Assembly (NCBI GenBank): GCA_037379345.1
Contig: CM074517.1
Coordinates: 10,540,001 to 10,604,000 of the forward strand
Length of the DNA stretch: 64,000 nt
Direction of reading: 5' to 3'
Source: Perna viridis
Lineage: Eukaryota
Shown here: positions 41,001 to 53,740 of the stretch, piece by piece
How the letters are laid out: the number at the start of each line of letters is the position of its first letter
Position numbering within the stretch: the first letter of the stretch is position 1
Made by a program: the position numbers and the translations under genes
Notes under the pieces: generated by a model
The model's database searches: none
What the model saw: only the letters and a program-made list of their open reading frames with translations
Told to the model about the DNA's origin: nothing

Positions 41001-44000
41001 GTAGGCTCTTAAATAAACTATTAAAAAAACTTGTTTCAAATACAACTTCAGATTGTTCATCCATATATTTTATCATTACATAAGCCGAATTTTTAATTGA
41101 TATGAAAAACTGTTTATAATTAATTTATTTTAAGAAAAAAGTTGACCTTCTTTGCGTTTTTTTTTTTATATAATTGGATGTTGAACAAAAAAAGGAGAAA
41201 AGTGTATCCATTGCTCACACACAACTTCTTTATTTACATTTTCTTTTATAACAAACTAAGTATACTTTTAACAGAACAATTGAAATATTTAACTTTCGTT
41301 AAACCTTATCAGGAGCATGCGAACGTTTAACTTAGCTAGCAATTTTGTCTGACTAATAAACTATCACATGATCTGAAGATTCATTTAAAGTACAAAACCT
41401 GTTCTCTTTGAATGGTTTGATGTCACAAATAAACGTAAAGTTATCTATAGCTACTTGATTAAAAGTTAAAATTTAATAAGATTTCAATATAATTTTTAAC
41501 AATCTCTAAATAAATTTGTATGTAATGAACCCTGTAAAACCTTAAACAGACCATAGTATTATTCCCATGTTTACATTATTACATTACTCCTTTATTTGTG
41601 ATAAAGACAATGTTTTAATGATTATAGTTGTCCGATCAGAAACAAATATATAACTTTAAAATAGATTTTCTCATTATGTAATCTATGAATCAGACGGTAA
41701 TTGACCGTAAAATGCGTTTGTAATAAGGTCTATATAAAGTGTAGTTCAGATGTCATACCGTATTACAGAACGTATGTTATAATTACACCATTATTCATGT
41801 TAAACCACAATATTTATAACACGTTTTACATCGAGGGCAAGACATGAACAGTATTAGGTTTAACCGATATAGGTTTTTATCATTAAATGTGAAAAGGGTA
41901 ACGAGAAGAAGAGATATATTAGAGGCTAATTTCATAAAACAGCACCTATTCAGAATTGAAAAATAATTGACAATTTTGAAATAAAATGCTCTTGATGATT
42001 GGGAAACATATAAATCAAGAATAAAAAACGTAAAATTTGTCAATAGTATGACCTGGTTAACTCGTATCCTTTAGGAACGTACAGGCGCAGAAAAAGATGC
42101 ATATTTAACCAAATTATCTTTAACGAATCTTCGCAGAATCAGTGCTTGAGTTGTTTTTCTTTTTGAAACTATCCTTTTTTTTGCCTATAGTTTTCCCAAC
42201 TATTTTCTTAAATATTAAGGAGATCATGTTTCTGTTGGTGTTTTTTTTCTAAATTTGATATCTAAAGCCTAGCTAATGCACAAACAACAAAGTATGTTTA
42301 ATTTATATTACAGCTCTATTCAATGTCTGATTGTTTACTAGTTTAACCGCAGATTTCATGCTGTCCACAGTCGGGAAATGTTGGTCATTAATGTTTTTTT
42401 GTGTCGTTACATTATACTTTTTTATTTTGAAGAATTGTCATCGTTCAATTACCTTGGATTTTATTGTTATGTTGTTGGGGCCTTCCAGTGCTTGCTTAAA
42501 TGTGTGTTTTAACTAGCTGAAGCCCTTTTGGTGATATATGAATGACTTGTATTTATATATATATGTGTGGATAATCAGAATATGGATTTTACAGTGTTAA
42601 TCTTTGCATTCAAATGATGCTTTCGTCAAAGTTTCTAGTCACTTTACAGGAAATGCTAAATACAACACCACTTATATTAATATTGCAAATTAACTTTGCT
42701 GTACATGCATTTCAAGGTGTACACCATAAACATCAGAACCAAATACAAAGGTAGATCTAAATAAAATAAATATACACAAGAATGTTTATATACAACACTG
42801 AACATATTGAAATAGGAAGACAAGTTCTGTTATGTGAAATACACGAGATGAAGCTTCTGTGTGACACTGAAAACTTAATCGTGGCAGACATGTCTGACTA
42901 CTAGGCTGGTGAGTGCAATAGTTTACTACCCTTATGAAAGACAAAACATGCTTTGGAGCCATGATTTTTTAATAAACAAATTTTAAATAGCTGATTTGAA
43001 ACTTACAAGTAAGACTTCAAATAGGAGTTTGGCAATCAAGAATCCCATATTTCTTGCATGCAATATAAACGGTTCCTCTTGTATTAATTATTTAACTTTT
43101 ATCCATTAACTCAATGTAAGCCAGATATTGGAACTTTTCAACATGGGTGTCTTAATATGTTTCACTGTTTTGATTGATTAGATTATGCACATTACGTCAG
43201 AAAAAGTCTTGTACGCACTTATAATGTAAAGTATAAAAATCTTTGATTTGTAATAGTCACCAAATCAGGTACATGACCTTCACGTTATATACAACTGTAA
43301 ATAGAAAGTCAATGAGATCTTAAAATTCGTGTTAGTTCAATATATACGTTTTGGTTTTCAGACATTTTTCCAGTTTACATTACTTTCTGACAACTTTTCG
43401 TCAACAATATAAATGCTTACTTTGGACAAATGATTTCCATAGGTGTCAAATAAAGACAACACAATTGTACTTTGTAAACTATTATAAACGAGGTGATACG
43501 TTTGTCACAGAAATTAGAGATTACCTATATTCATTCGTGAAGTATTTTTCATTTCATATTTTGTCAGTCTCTTTAAGTCTATGCAAATATTGCCATATTT
43601 ATCATATTGAAACTACACTTAATATTTCATCTAGGTGATAAGTGTCACAGTGGTATAGATTTGACATTATCTTTGTACTTGTCTTTTAACTTCACTTTTC
43701 CTAATTTTGATGGTAGCAATATTGTTTGCATTCTCTTGTGTCTTGAATGTCACAGCATTAACCTCATACTAACGTTTAAGACTGACACTTATATGAAATC
43801 GATTTGAAATGGGTCAAATATGATTTATTCAAGGATTGTGAGAAATAAACCTTTTCAATATGGTTTTGTTATTCATTTTCTACTATCGAAAGTTTGCCTT
43901 ATTATTCTCTTAGTTAAATCTTAATAGTACTTTTAGTGGAATTTTCTTGGTATGATGGAGTACTTAAATGTAAGTTTTTCTAAGAATCAGGCAAAAAAAT

Positions 44001-44004
44001 GGGA

Positions 44005-44105
44005 AAAATCAGAAACACTTGTATCACTGCTCAGAAATTTGTCAATAAAATGTTAGAAAAATGAGATCTTTGACAGTGATCTGCCTTTTGAAATTTCCAT
44101 TTTCT
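44005..44105 (+). repeat. Dispersed repeat of a second family (paralog at 48540-48715)
   Basis: ctcagaaatttgtcaataaaatgttagaaaaatgaga...tttgacag...atctgcc...tgaaat.tccatt is shared. Confidence 0.75.
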
Positions 44106-47100
44106 GTGCCAACTGAATTTACTAAAATGAGGTGGAAAATCTCGCTTTATTTCCTTGATTCTGATGGCGCAAAAAGTCAAATTACACTTTAAGAGTACTG
44201 GGGTTTTTCATCCCATGTTTCATCTTCTGCGTAATTCTTAAAGTGACTTAAATATTGGCAAAATCTACCGGAAAAATCATAACAGAAAAATGCTGATACA
44301 TCAAAAAACAAAACAAAACAAAAAGTGTCATAAGGTGATCTGGAAGGTGCAAGCATGTCATGCTCCGCAAGTTTTTTTTTTACACTTTTGTATATGTGAA
44401 GGTATTAGTATGTAACAGAAAAGGTGTATCCTTTGTCTCTTACTTTTAAGGTCAATTTAAAAAAAGTCTTATAAAACATGGATTGGGTTCCATGTGAATA
44501 TGATGCGCATTACACAATAAACAGTACTTCAAGTTCCATGTCATAGTAAATACACATATCTCTTAATCCGTTTTCCTCCAAATTAGCTGATCATATTTTT
44601 ATTCAAAAATAGTTCAAACATTTAGATACGTGACGAGCATGACCATGTATCACTAATATTCAACATATATTTATAAAGTTAACATTTCTTCAGCCAAGCA
44701 AGTCCTATTATCACCAGTAACAATAAAAATGTTTTGATTTCAATGCAAAGCGTTATCTCAAAAATTGAATAATAGAAAATACCATAAAATTTCACACACT
44801 AAGAAATTGTGATCAGCTGCTCCAAATAACAGCAACTGGAGAATATATATATATAAAGACTGTTTATGAATTCACGTACCCAGAAAAAATGTGTATCGCA
44901 TTCTTAAATTTAAAATTTCAGTGTTTACGATCGAGTTTCCGTGCCAATATCATGTATGTTCAGATTATTCTTATCAGGGAGTGCCTATTCTTTAAGGCTT
45001 AGTTGATCTTGCTTATTTTTATCACCAATCCCTTTTTCACATTACCTTTATAACAAAAAGAATTAGGGAAAGAAAACTTTCAACAGTTACATAAATCACC
45101 CGAAATTCCACTGAAACGAATATGGTCAATGTAGTACTATACATATATTCTGTCAGTTTAGCAGAATTCATAATGCAGGTCCGATGATTGAGAATGTTGA
45201 GGGCCGTTAAAACAACGCAATTTGTAGTTTTTAAATAAATAGTTCGTAGTGTCAATTTTTAGACACTTTCCAACATAATTATATATTTGCAGTGATTTCT
45301 AAGATATTTCATGTGTACCAATATCAAATTAGTTACAAAAAAGTGGGAAAAATTTTGCATAAAAAGGAACAATGTTATTTTTACTTGAAACAAATCGTAA
45401 TGAACGGGACATAAGAACAGCCCGTTTACCAACCAAAGTCATATGATTTTATATTATGTAGTTACCAGTAATGTATATTTCAGTGTTTTCTGTCTGACAC
45501 CTTTGTCTGCTTCCCCAATGGCCTATTCTATACGAAGACATAAATATAATAGCCATTTGTACTTATCATTTTTTTTCTTTTAAGATTTAGTACAGATAAA
45601 TAAAAAAAACAAGCCAAACACTTATACTCTCTACGCCTCTACGTTCTACAGTTACTGGCACGCCTTGTCAGGTTGTGCCATACACCTTCTTTGTATATCT
45701 ATTACAATGTGAAAGGTACTTTTAATATTTCTTCTTTGTTGAGTTGTTGTGTCCTTCGCATTCCTGGCTGATAGCTTTCATTGTTTTAACTGATACAGCT
45801 GTTCTGTACTAAACAATAGCCATAGATAAATGTTAATTGGTATTTTAGAAGTATATTGAATGAATGAAAGAAGATGGGCGTACAAAAAAACTAACCGAGA
45901 TCTAAAATGACCTTCTGCATATCTAACTACTATAAGGTTACCAAAATAATCATAAATGGACAAATTTCTGATGTTTTTTTTTAACAAATTATGTCATTTG
46001 ACTTATTTATTTTCTAAATCTAAATGTTCAATAGTTATTGTTACTGTACTGAAAAAGATTGTGGTCAGAATAACACTTGCCATATATATATCTCGTTAGA
46101 AATCAGACAAATTTTTATGGTGAGGTAAGTTACTGGGTGAAAATTAAATTATGAATGATAAATATATGAAAAATTGCCACATTTGAAGGTAAAAAAGAAC
46201 TTTAAAAATGTAATAAAACAAATAATAGGAGGTCCAAATTTCCGGCCTTCTTCATGGGCAAATAGCACTAGACATCAGCTGCCAAACCTCACTTTGTGGA
46301 GAAGACGCATAAAATTCAAAGGTTAAAGTAATTGAATACAAGTAAATTGTGCTATCAAATAATTCGTGTTTAACAAATACCACACGGGTGGATAATCCTA
46401 AGAAAACTGATTATCCGTTGTTAACTTTAAAATTCAAATACGACGAACCTCTTAAAAAAAATATTGTACTTTTTTTAAAAGCAAAGATCTCGAAGCAGAA
46501 AAAACAATTTGGACTGACAATGCTAGAAACTTGTGGAAATATTATCATATCTGTAAATAGGATTGTTTACAATTTTAGAATTCTTATTAACATAGACATA
46601 TTACAATATTAAATAAAAAAATAATAATTCAAAAAATGGCGACTATAGTTTTAGAAAAGAAATATAGTTAAATCAAATTACTTGTTTTTTTTTACCAATA
46701 CTAGCGAATTTGCAAATTTCCGTTGCTAAATTCGTTTATTTTCAATTTTTGAATATTTCCCTAACCATCTATGTATGTCTGACAATTTTAATTCGTGGCT
46801 TGGTCGAGAAGTTCATAAACATATGTATTTTCTTAATAAAACTTTCACCGTATCTTAATCTGACCAATGTCACGGTCACTAAAGAAAAGATCAGGTCTTA
46901 ATTCAACATATATTACATTATTTCAGCAGGATGTGAGAATAAATACATAAAAAATCAAAAACCGAAGTCTACAAAGTCACTAATTGTCATATATTCTATG
47001 CCACTGATTTAAGATCGGCAAACTTCAAGCGAAGTTGCGATATCGAGTGACTTCGTAACCGCGATGACCCAAATGATTCTCAGTCAAAACAACTCCCGTT

Positions 47101-47875
47101 TCTCAGCTATATTACAAAAAGTTCAATGCTGACCCATCATTTCATCTATTCATGTAAACTCTCATATATGTAAAAACACAAGTTGGAAACAAGATATGAT
47201 ACTGATACTTAAATGAGAAAATATTTTACCGACAGACAACTCTTTTGCCGGTAAATAGGTAAAGAGTGCTACAATGTCAGCAAAATTTTATTATGGATTT
47301 TGTCATCCTGGAAACAGTTAACCTCAAAGACCTGTGAATTTTTGAAATTTGTTTAAGCAAGCCAAAATGTGTTATAATAGCTTGGTAAGCTATATCAGAG
47401 TCGACAACTATTACAAGCGAATTTTCCACGCTTAGTTAAACATTGTGAGAGGTTTTTCATGGAAAGCCCTGCAATTAACTTGCGAATGTAATGACGATCT
47501 TGATCAAGAAACTAAGAACATTAACTATAAAACTCGAACCACTTTTACCCATAACTTTGAAATTAAAAAATCTTGTATTTACTTAACATGCTGAATTGGT
47601 TAGGCAAGTACTTAACATATATTTAAATATATAGAGACAAGTTTTTTCTACAGGAAAACCCTTTAAATTATTATTACTCGGACAAAAATATTCTTTATAA
47701 TAAGTCGTGAGGTTAAATAATGGATAAAAAAAACAAAAACAAAAACAAAACAAAACTTGAGAACGCCTTCCGATGATTAGAGTACTATTATTTTAGGGTC
47801 AGAGTTATCTTTGTGGGTAATAAATGTCCGTTGTCTGTAATAATCAGTTTATTTCTAAATAAGTTTGGTATACGA

Positions 47876-48129
47876 AGTTGACTTTATATGAGCAACTCGA
47901 CGGGTGTTTCTAGAAAAGCAGAGGACGCTTACCCTACCGGTGCACCTGGTCCATGCTCCCAGTTTTTAGTGGAGTCCGAGTTGCTCATTTACTTTTGTTA
48001 CTTTGTATGTATGATTTTAGTTACTTTATGTTCTTTGTTGTGTATGTCTGTTTTCCATGTCTGGGCTTTGTCCCTGGATTACATTCTTTTAATTACCGCT
48101 ATAACCTTGGTTCCCTTGATTACTCTTTC
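47876..48129 (+). mobile_element. 3'-terminal ~250 bp of the PLE-like element (well-preserved copy)
   Basis: Highly similar to 9836-10088 and ends at ...cccttgattactcttt. Confidence 0.9.
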
Positions 48130-48539
48130 AAGGGAGTGTTTAACTACCCTGTTTGTCAATTCAGGCTACAATAGTTTCAATGTAGCCGTTGAATCATAGG
48201 AAAACCACCGAGGAACGTATGGTTCCAATTAGTTTTGACATTTTATACGTTGCTATATTACAAATTTCAAAATTTCCGTCAGATTGAGGCTTTGCCCCTT
48301 GTATTGCAAATGGTAGAACTTCCCGGTGATGGATTTGGTTTTCTATTTCGATATTTTTGGTTTTGAGAACTTCTATACAACTGAGTTTTGGCTTATGATC
48401 TTCCTACATATTTTATTTTAAAGTTGCCGATGAGATGTTACTCATGAGAACACGAGCACACATATCGAAATAAACATATATATATGTTATTAGTATGTTT
48501 GTATTAAGTGTACGTTTTTGTATGAATCAAGCAAAATTG

Positions 48540-48715
48540 GAAAAATCAGAAGCATGCATGTCAAAAACACACCGATCTGACAATATAATTTCACTGAAGA
48601 ATGCTTTCTCTATAATTTGGAAAGACCCTTGCATCAATGTCTCAGAAATTTGTCAATAGAATGTTAGAAAATGAGAATTTTGACAGAGTTATCTGCCCCT
48701 GAAATGTCCATTTAT
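48540..48715 (+). repeat. Dispersed repeat of a second family (paralog at 44005-44105)
   Basis: ctcagaaatttgtcaatagaatgttagaaaatgagaattttgacagagttatctgcccctgaaatgtccatt. Confidence 0.75.
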
Positions 48716-49734
48716 AATTTCAACCAAACTAAACTTCCAAATTATGTTTTTTAAACCACATTTCCCCAACTGCATGATTCTAAACGAGACTGGCACTTAA
48801 TTAAACACAGAAAGGCGTTAGAACTCCTTATAATAAGTCCAGCACTATAAGCATCCAAATCTATATGTTCCCTTTTGGTACATACAATCTCAATTTAGTA
48901 TAAAAGGCTATGTTACAAACAAATGATATTAACGCAAGATAGACATAAATGCAGTTAGTGTAACACAGTAAAAGCCAGCCAGAAGGATAATGAACTTGAT
49001 ATAACTTTCTTTTCTAGGTACATAGTGACCTTAGAATAGCTGTACTTTTTATTTTACGCGTGATCAAATATGTTAAAAGCATATTAATTTTTATGAAATT
49101 CTTAGATTATATCTAAAATGAAAAGTTCGGAGGTTCCAATGAAAAATAAAGACGTAATTATTGATTGTCATAAAAAGTAAACATAATGAATGCTCTATTT
49201 TTGTTACATTACCGCCTGCATCAATGGACATATAAAATGAACATATTTAACTGATAATGTATTTGATTGTAATGTGAAGAACGATTTAATATAACAATTT
49301 TATTTTATCTTAAATGGTTTCAAAGGGTGTCTTTAATAGATGAGACAGGTGCCCCTCATATGAGATCTGTGAGAAGATATTATTTTACACCACACCTGTG
49401 CTGGAGGTGTTGTACTTCCCCTAATAAAGTCCTATCTGATGTAAATAAAAACATGTGACAGAACCACTTCAGATGTCTATAACGTTGCCAGGAACAAAAG
49501 AGGAAATAGGTCTCAAATCTTTTGATTGATTCAGTACCATAAGTCCCAAGTTTCCGGTCTTAGTAAGTAAAGCCATCAACCAAAATCAATAAAGATAACA
49601 ATCTAATGAGAATGTACTTAAAACAACCTTTTTGTTCATCAAATTTATCAAAAAGTTACCTTATTCATCAAACTAATCAAAGAGTTTAGTATTAAACTAT
49701 ATAAAGTTCAGATACTGTCTATGGTTGAGGTGAT

Positions 49735-50060
49735 TCATGGTGCAGAAAAACCCATCGAACAAACAATGCTATTAGGGTTTACATATGCATATTTTTATAT
49801 ATGTTACTATAGTCCTTTCTGCATTTTAGGAGAAAATATTTATAAATCTTCTCCCACTTACATCGTCAACCAAAAAAAAAAAAAGTCCCATAACTCCTGC
49901 TTAGTGTCATTTTAATGTACAAACTATATAATTTTTATCTCAAAAAGTGCAACAACCCAATGAAAAACTAAGACTTTAAATATTTCTGAATAAGAAATAA
50001 GAAATAAGAAGGGTAATTTGGTGGATTTTTGATATATATGAATCACTTCCTGTCTGATTT
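49735..50060 (+). repeat. Dispersed repeat, copy 2 (paralog at 37520-37800)
   Basis: Same colinear blocks as copy 1. Confidence 0.7.
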
Positions 50061-50835
50061 ATGTAAAACAGATACGTAAAACCAGTTTAATCTGACACTC
50101 TCGTAAAATCCCTTATATATTCAACAAATCAATGGAAAGCGACAATAAGAAAAAGGATAATGGAAAAAAAAGAATAAACATTAAACATAGTATATAAAGC
50201 TCAATCAACGAAAAGACTGGTGGCACGAACATCTACACCATAATGTTAAAGAGCAATCTATTTTTCCGAAATATCGGATGTCTAATGTTATACACATTAT
50301 GATGAATGCAGAAAATCTGACTAATTGAATGATGATGGCTCGTGATACACTATTTCTAACAATGTGAATCATCTGCGATGTATTATTCCTGCGGTACAGA
50401 ACAGAATTAGTCAATGGAACTAGATTTTAGTAACATATTGTAGCTATTTTAATGATAAACTTGTTCATTCGTTTACTGATTGCCCTTTGGGGCCATTAAA
50501 TACACCGTGTGGAAAATTCCGTAGGTGGCGTTCATATGATGCCTGAATGACAACATTTCACAAGAAGCTGAATTCTAAAAATTGCATTTGCTTCAACTTT
50601 TCTCAAATGGAATGTGGTCATATAACGATGAATATAAACTTTTTCAAAATGTAATTCTTTAAGAGGTATGCAACAATTCTGTTGATATTTAGATCTTCTA
50701 CAATTAAATTTTGAACTTAATGATTAACTACACCAAGTTCAGGATCAGAAAATATACCAGCATAAATACGTTGGTTTTTCGATTAACCAATGGTGCTGTC
50801 TTTGGACTGTGGATTACACTCGTTGACAACAATCA

Positions 50836-51490
50836 TTATACCCAACGCAACAAAGATGTGATGGTATAATGTTTTTGACCCGTCCGTGCGTCCGTCACTT
50901 TTTGTCGCCTGGATAAGACGTACAAATTTTTGACAATTTCCCTTCAAACTTTGATGAATGGATTGTACTAATATAGTTTTGGATGGGATTTATATTCACA
51001 GAGATCACCCCAGGAATACCACTTTTTTTTGAGGGGGGGAGACGACTTGGTCCAATATCAATAATTTTGACTTTTTGCCTGGATAGCGCCTCCATTTTGA
51101 CAGATTTCCTTCAAACTTTGGTGAACGGTTAGAAGTAGTAGTTGGATGGGATTGATTTTTTCAGAATAATAAAAAATGAATTATCTATGACTGTTGCATT
51201 GATAGTGCCTCAATTTGTCATTATAATACTAGTTTCCTTCCAGCTTTGGTTATTGTCAATAATATCCTAGAGGGGATTGATTTTCAAAGAGATTGTCAAA
51301 GTAGACTACTATTTTTGACGGAACTTAGGTCAATATTGATGATTTAGGTTTGTTGCCTGGATAGGGTCACCATTTTTGATAGATTTTATTCAGACTCAGT
51401 AATTGACTTGTTGCAATAAAAACTGGGGTATGACTGATCATATTGTGTCGGAGCGCGCTTTAAACAATTACTTAGCATTGCCTCTATACA
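50836..51490 (+). mobile_element. Helentron/HINE-like element with internal tandem core repeats
   Basis: Subterminal ttataccc...ggtataa hairpin and (ccgt)n microsatellite (ccgtccgtgcgtccgtc), then three degenerate cores starting gcctggata...tttga(c/t)a at ~50905, ~51077 and ~51355. Confidence 0.75.
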
Positions 51491-53307
51491 ACTGAGGTCA
51501 CGAATATCCCCGTGCAGTCAGAAGAACATGACACTTTTCAGTGTTTTCTTTTGTAAAAATTAAAAAATCACTCCCCGCATTTTTTGTTGTACTTCTATTT
51601 GAGGCAAAACAAAACTGAATGTTGTTTTTTCATTCGTTCACTCTTAAAGGTAAGTAACAAAACAAGAATATGGTGAAAAAAATGTCAAATAAACCATTGA
51701 ACTTGGAGCAGGTTTAATTTCACTCATACAGTTTTATGAATGAGAACGACCAGTTATGTGACCCGTTATATTCTGTTCATAAATTAGTTAAAGAAAATTG
51801 TACTTGGCGTTTATTTGATATCTTTTCTTTACAAATCCCAAGATCTGATAACGTAAAGCAATAAACGAAGTGTTAGGTTCTCAATTCATTGAATATAAAA
51901 CACAATATACATTAAATGAAATGGAGTTATTGGACTAGATAATAGACAAAAACTCTATGTTATTAAGTTTCATCAATCAAACTAATACAGAGCCCTCGTT
52001 TCATATTCCTTGGTACCCGCAACGATGGTGTACGGTTAAAGAGACCCTTAACAAAATGAATGAACTCTTCATTCATTCATAGTTTTCACGACGTTTACCC
52101 GTGGATTCTGTAAACATTGATACACTTTATAAACAAATGAACAGTATACCGTCCTGTTTACAAAATTTCGGTTTTATACCCTATTTGGTTAAGATTATTC
52201 TTTATACTATCTCTTTATAACCACCTAGAATAGAAAATCTGTATACGTAACTCTTGCGTAATATTTTGTTTTCAAGTATAAACACTTTTATCAAAGTAAG
52301 ATCCTCAAATATAATTCCAACCACAAAACACAAAACATAAGCATGGGATTAGAAAATAATGATTTGGTACCGGTGTAAGTAAATGAAAATTTTGAAAAAT
52401 TAAATGGTCCAAAACACTTAGTATTTATAAGGCGTGCATTTATATCTAAGTGTCTTTTATAACACTGTTAGCTTTTATTCGACAGCAAAAAGAAAATTGC
52501 GGTCGTATGATGGTATAGTGCTGTCGTCTGCGTCGCTCTTTCTATAATTACCTAGTAGTTTTTGTTCAATTACCATTTTGATAAAATCAACTGACTGTGC
52601 AACACAATATTCCATTCTGCACGGGATAGGTTTGTATCAAGAAAACGAGATTTTGGTAACCATTCATGAATAAGCCAAAACTGTAAATAATAAAATGGAT
52701 TGTCACGTACTGTTCAAACGATTGTAGGCGACTTTACTTGATAGTTCAAAAATGATAGAGCTCATTAAGTGTGCATCAGAATTGATCGAGTTGACTCGAA
52801 ACTTGTTACTTTTATTTCTTTGAATATAACGAATAGAAGTTAACCATCAGAACTTTGTTATGATTTTTTTAGCACATAAGTGGCAACCTCTTCAGCCTCT
52901 TAATTTATTACATATCACCCCGCTAACTTGTAGGCTCTACTCAACAGGACATGAATATTTTCATAAGACATGAGCACTACCCATTACGAATACGAAAAAC
53001 TGTCATTTGCATAAGAATGCGTGGTTTGGTACCGAGTGTTTAAGTGGTACAGCAGAGTAATATAGCTAATAAGTCCTCTGCGCAAGTAATTACACCACAC
53101 AGAACAGAGTCGGCAAACTATTATTAAGAAATGATTATCCATGTATTTCGTATATTTCGCTCACTTTACCTAAAATTTTAATATAACACGAACATGTAGT
53201 TGCACGTGTTATCGTGCTGGGTATATCACCAACGAAACAGGAAGATATATCATTCGGCAAGCAAAATCACTTACAACGTATTCATCTATATAAAGTCTCA
53301 TACCAAA

Positions 53308-53740
53308 TGATACCACCACTTAACGAGTGGTGGTATATTGAAATCACATTGTCCGTCCGTTCGTCGTGCCGACCGTACGTCCGAATATCGTCACAGTTAT
53401 CTCGGATCCCAAAAGATGGATTGATTTCAGATTTTGTGTGTCGCTTTTTATAGACAGGGCATACGTTGTAAGCTATTTACATGATGTCCGATACAACTTC
53501 CTGTTTTGTGGGAGTTGACCAATTTCCGCTATATAGAATGATAGACAAATTTTCGTCACTAAAGTCTCGGTTCCCAATGGTTGGATTGGTTTTAAATCTG
53601 ATGTATTGCTTTATTTAGATGCAGTTTTCGTTGTAAGCGATTTTGGTGCTGATTGATATCCACTTCCTTTAGGTGTAGGGGATGAATTAATAAGGTGGGT
53701 CTAATATATCACCCAGTTGCTGAGTTGGAATATTTATTTG
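53308..53740 (+). mobile_element. Helentron/HINE-like element (different family)
   Basis: Perfect 11-bp inverted repeat ataccaccact/agtggtggtat and a gtcc-type microsatellite. Two ~165-bp cores (tcgtcac...tctcgg.tccca...ggattg) and a terminal gggt...accc hairpin follow. Confidence 0.75.

Noticed and set aside
47888-48199. Repeated ORFs 'SRKAEDAYPTGAPGPCSQFLVES' and 'MLPVFSGVRV...' as a gene family
   Set aside because: Chance translations of the retroelement 3' UTR; frames and lengths differ among copies.
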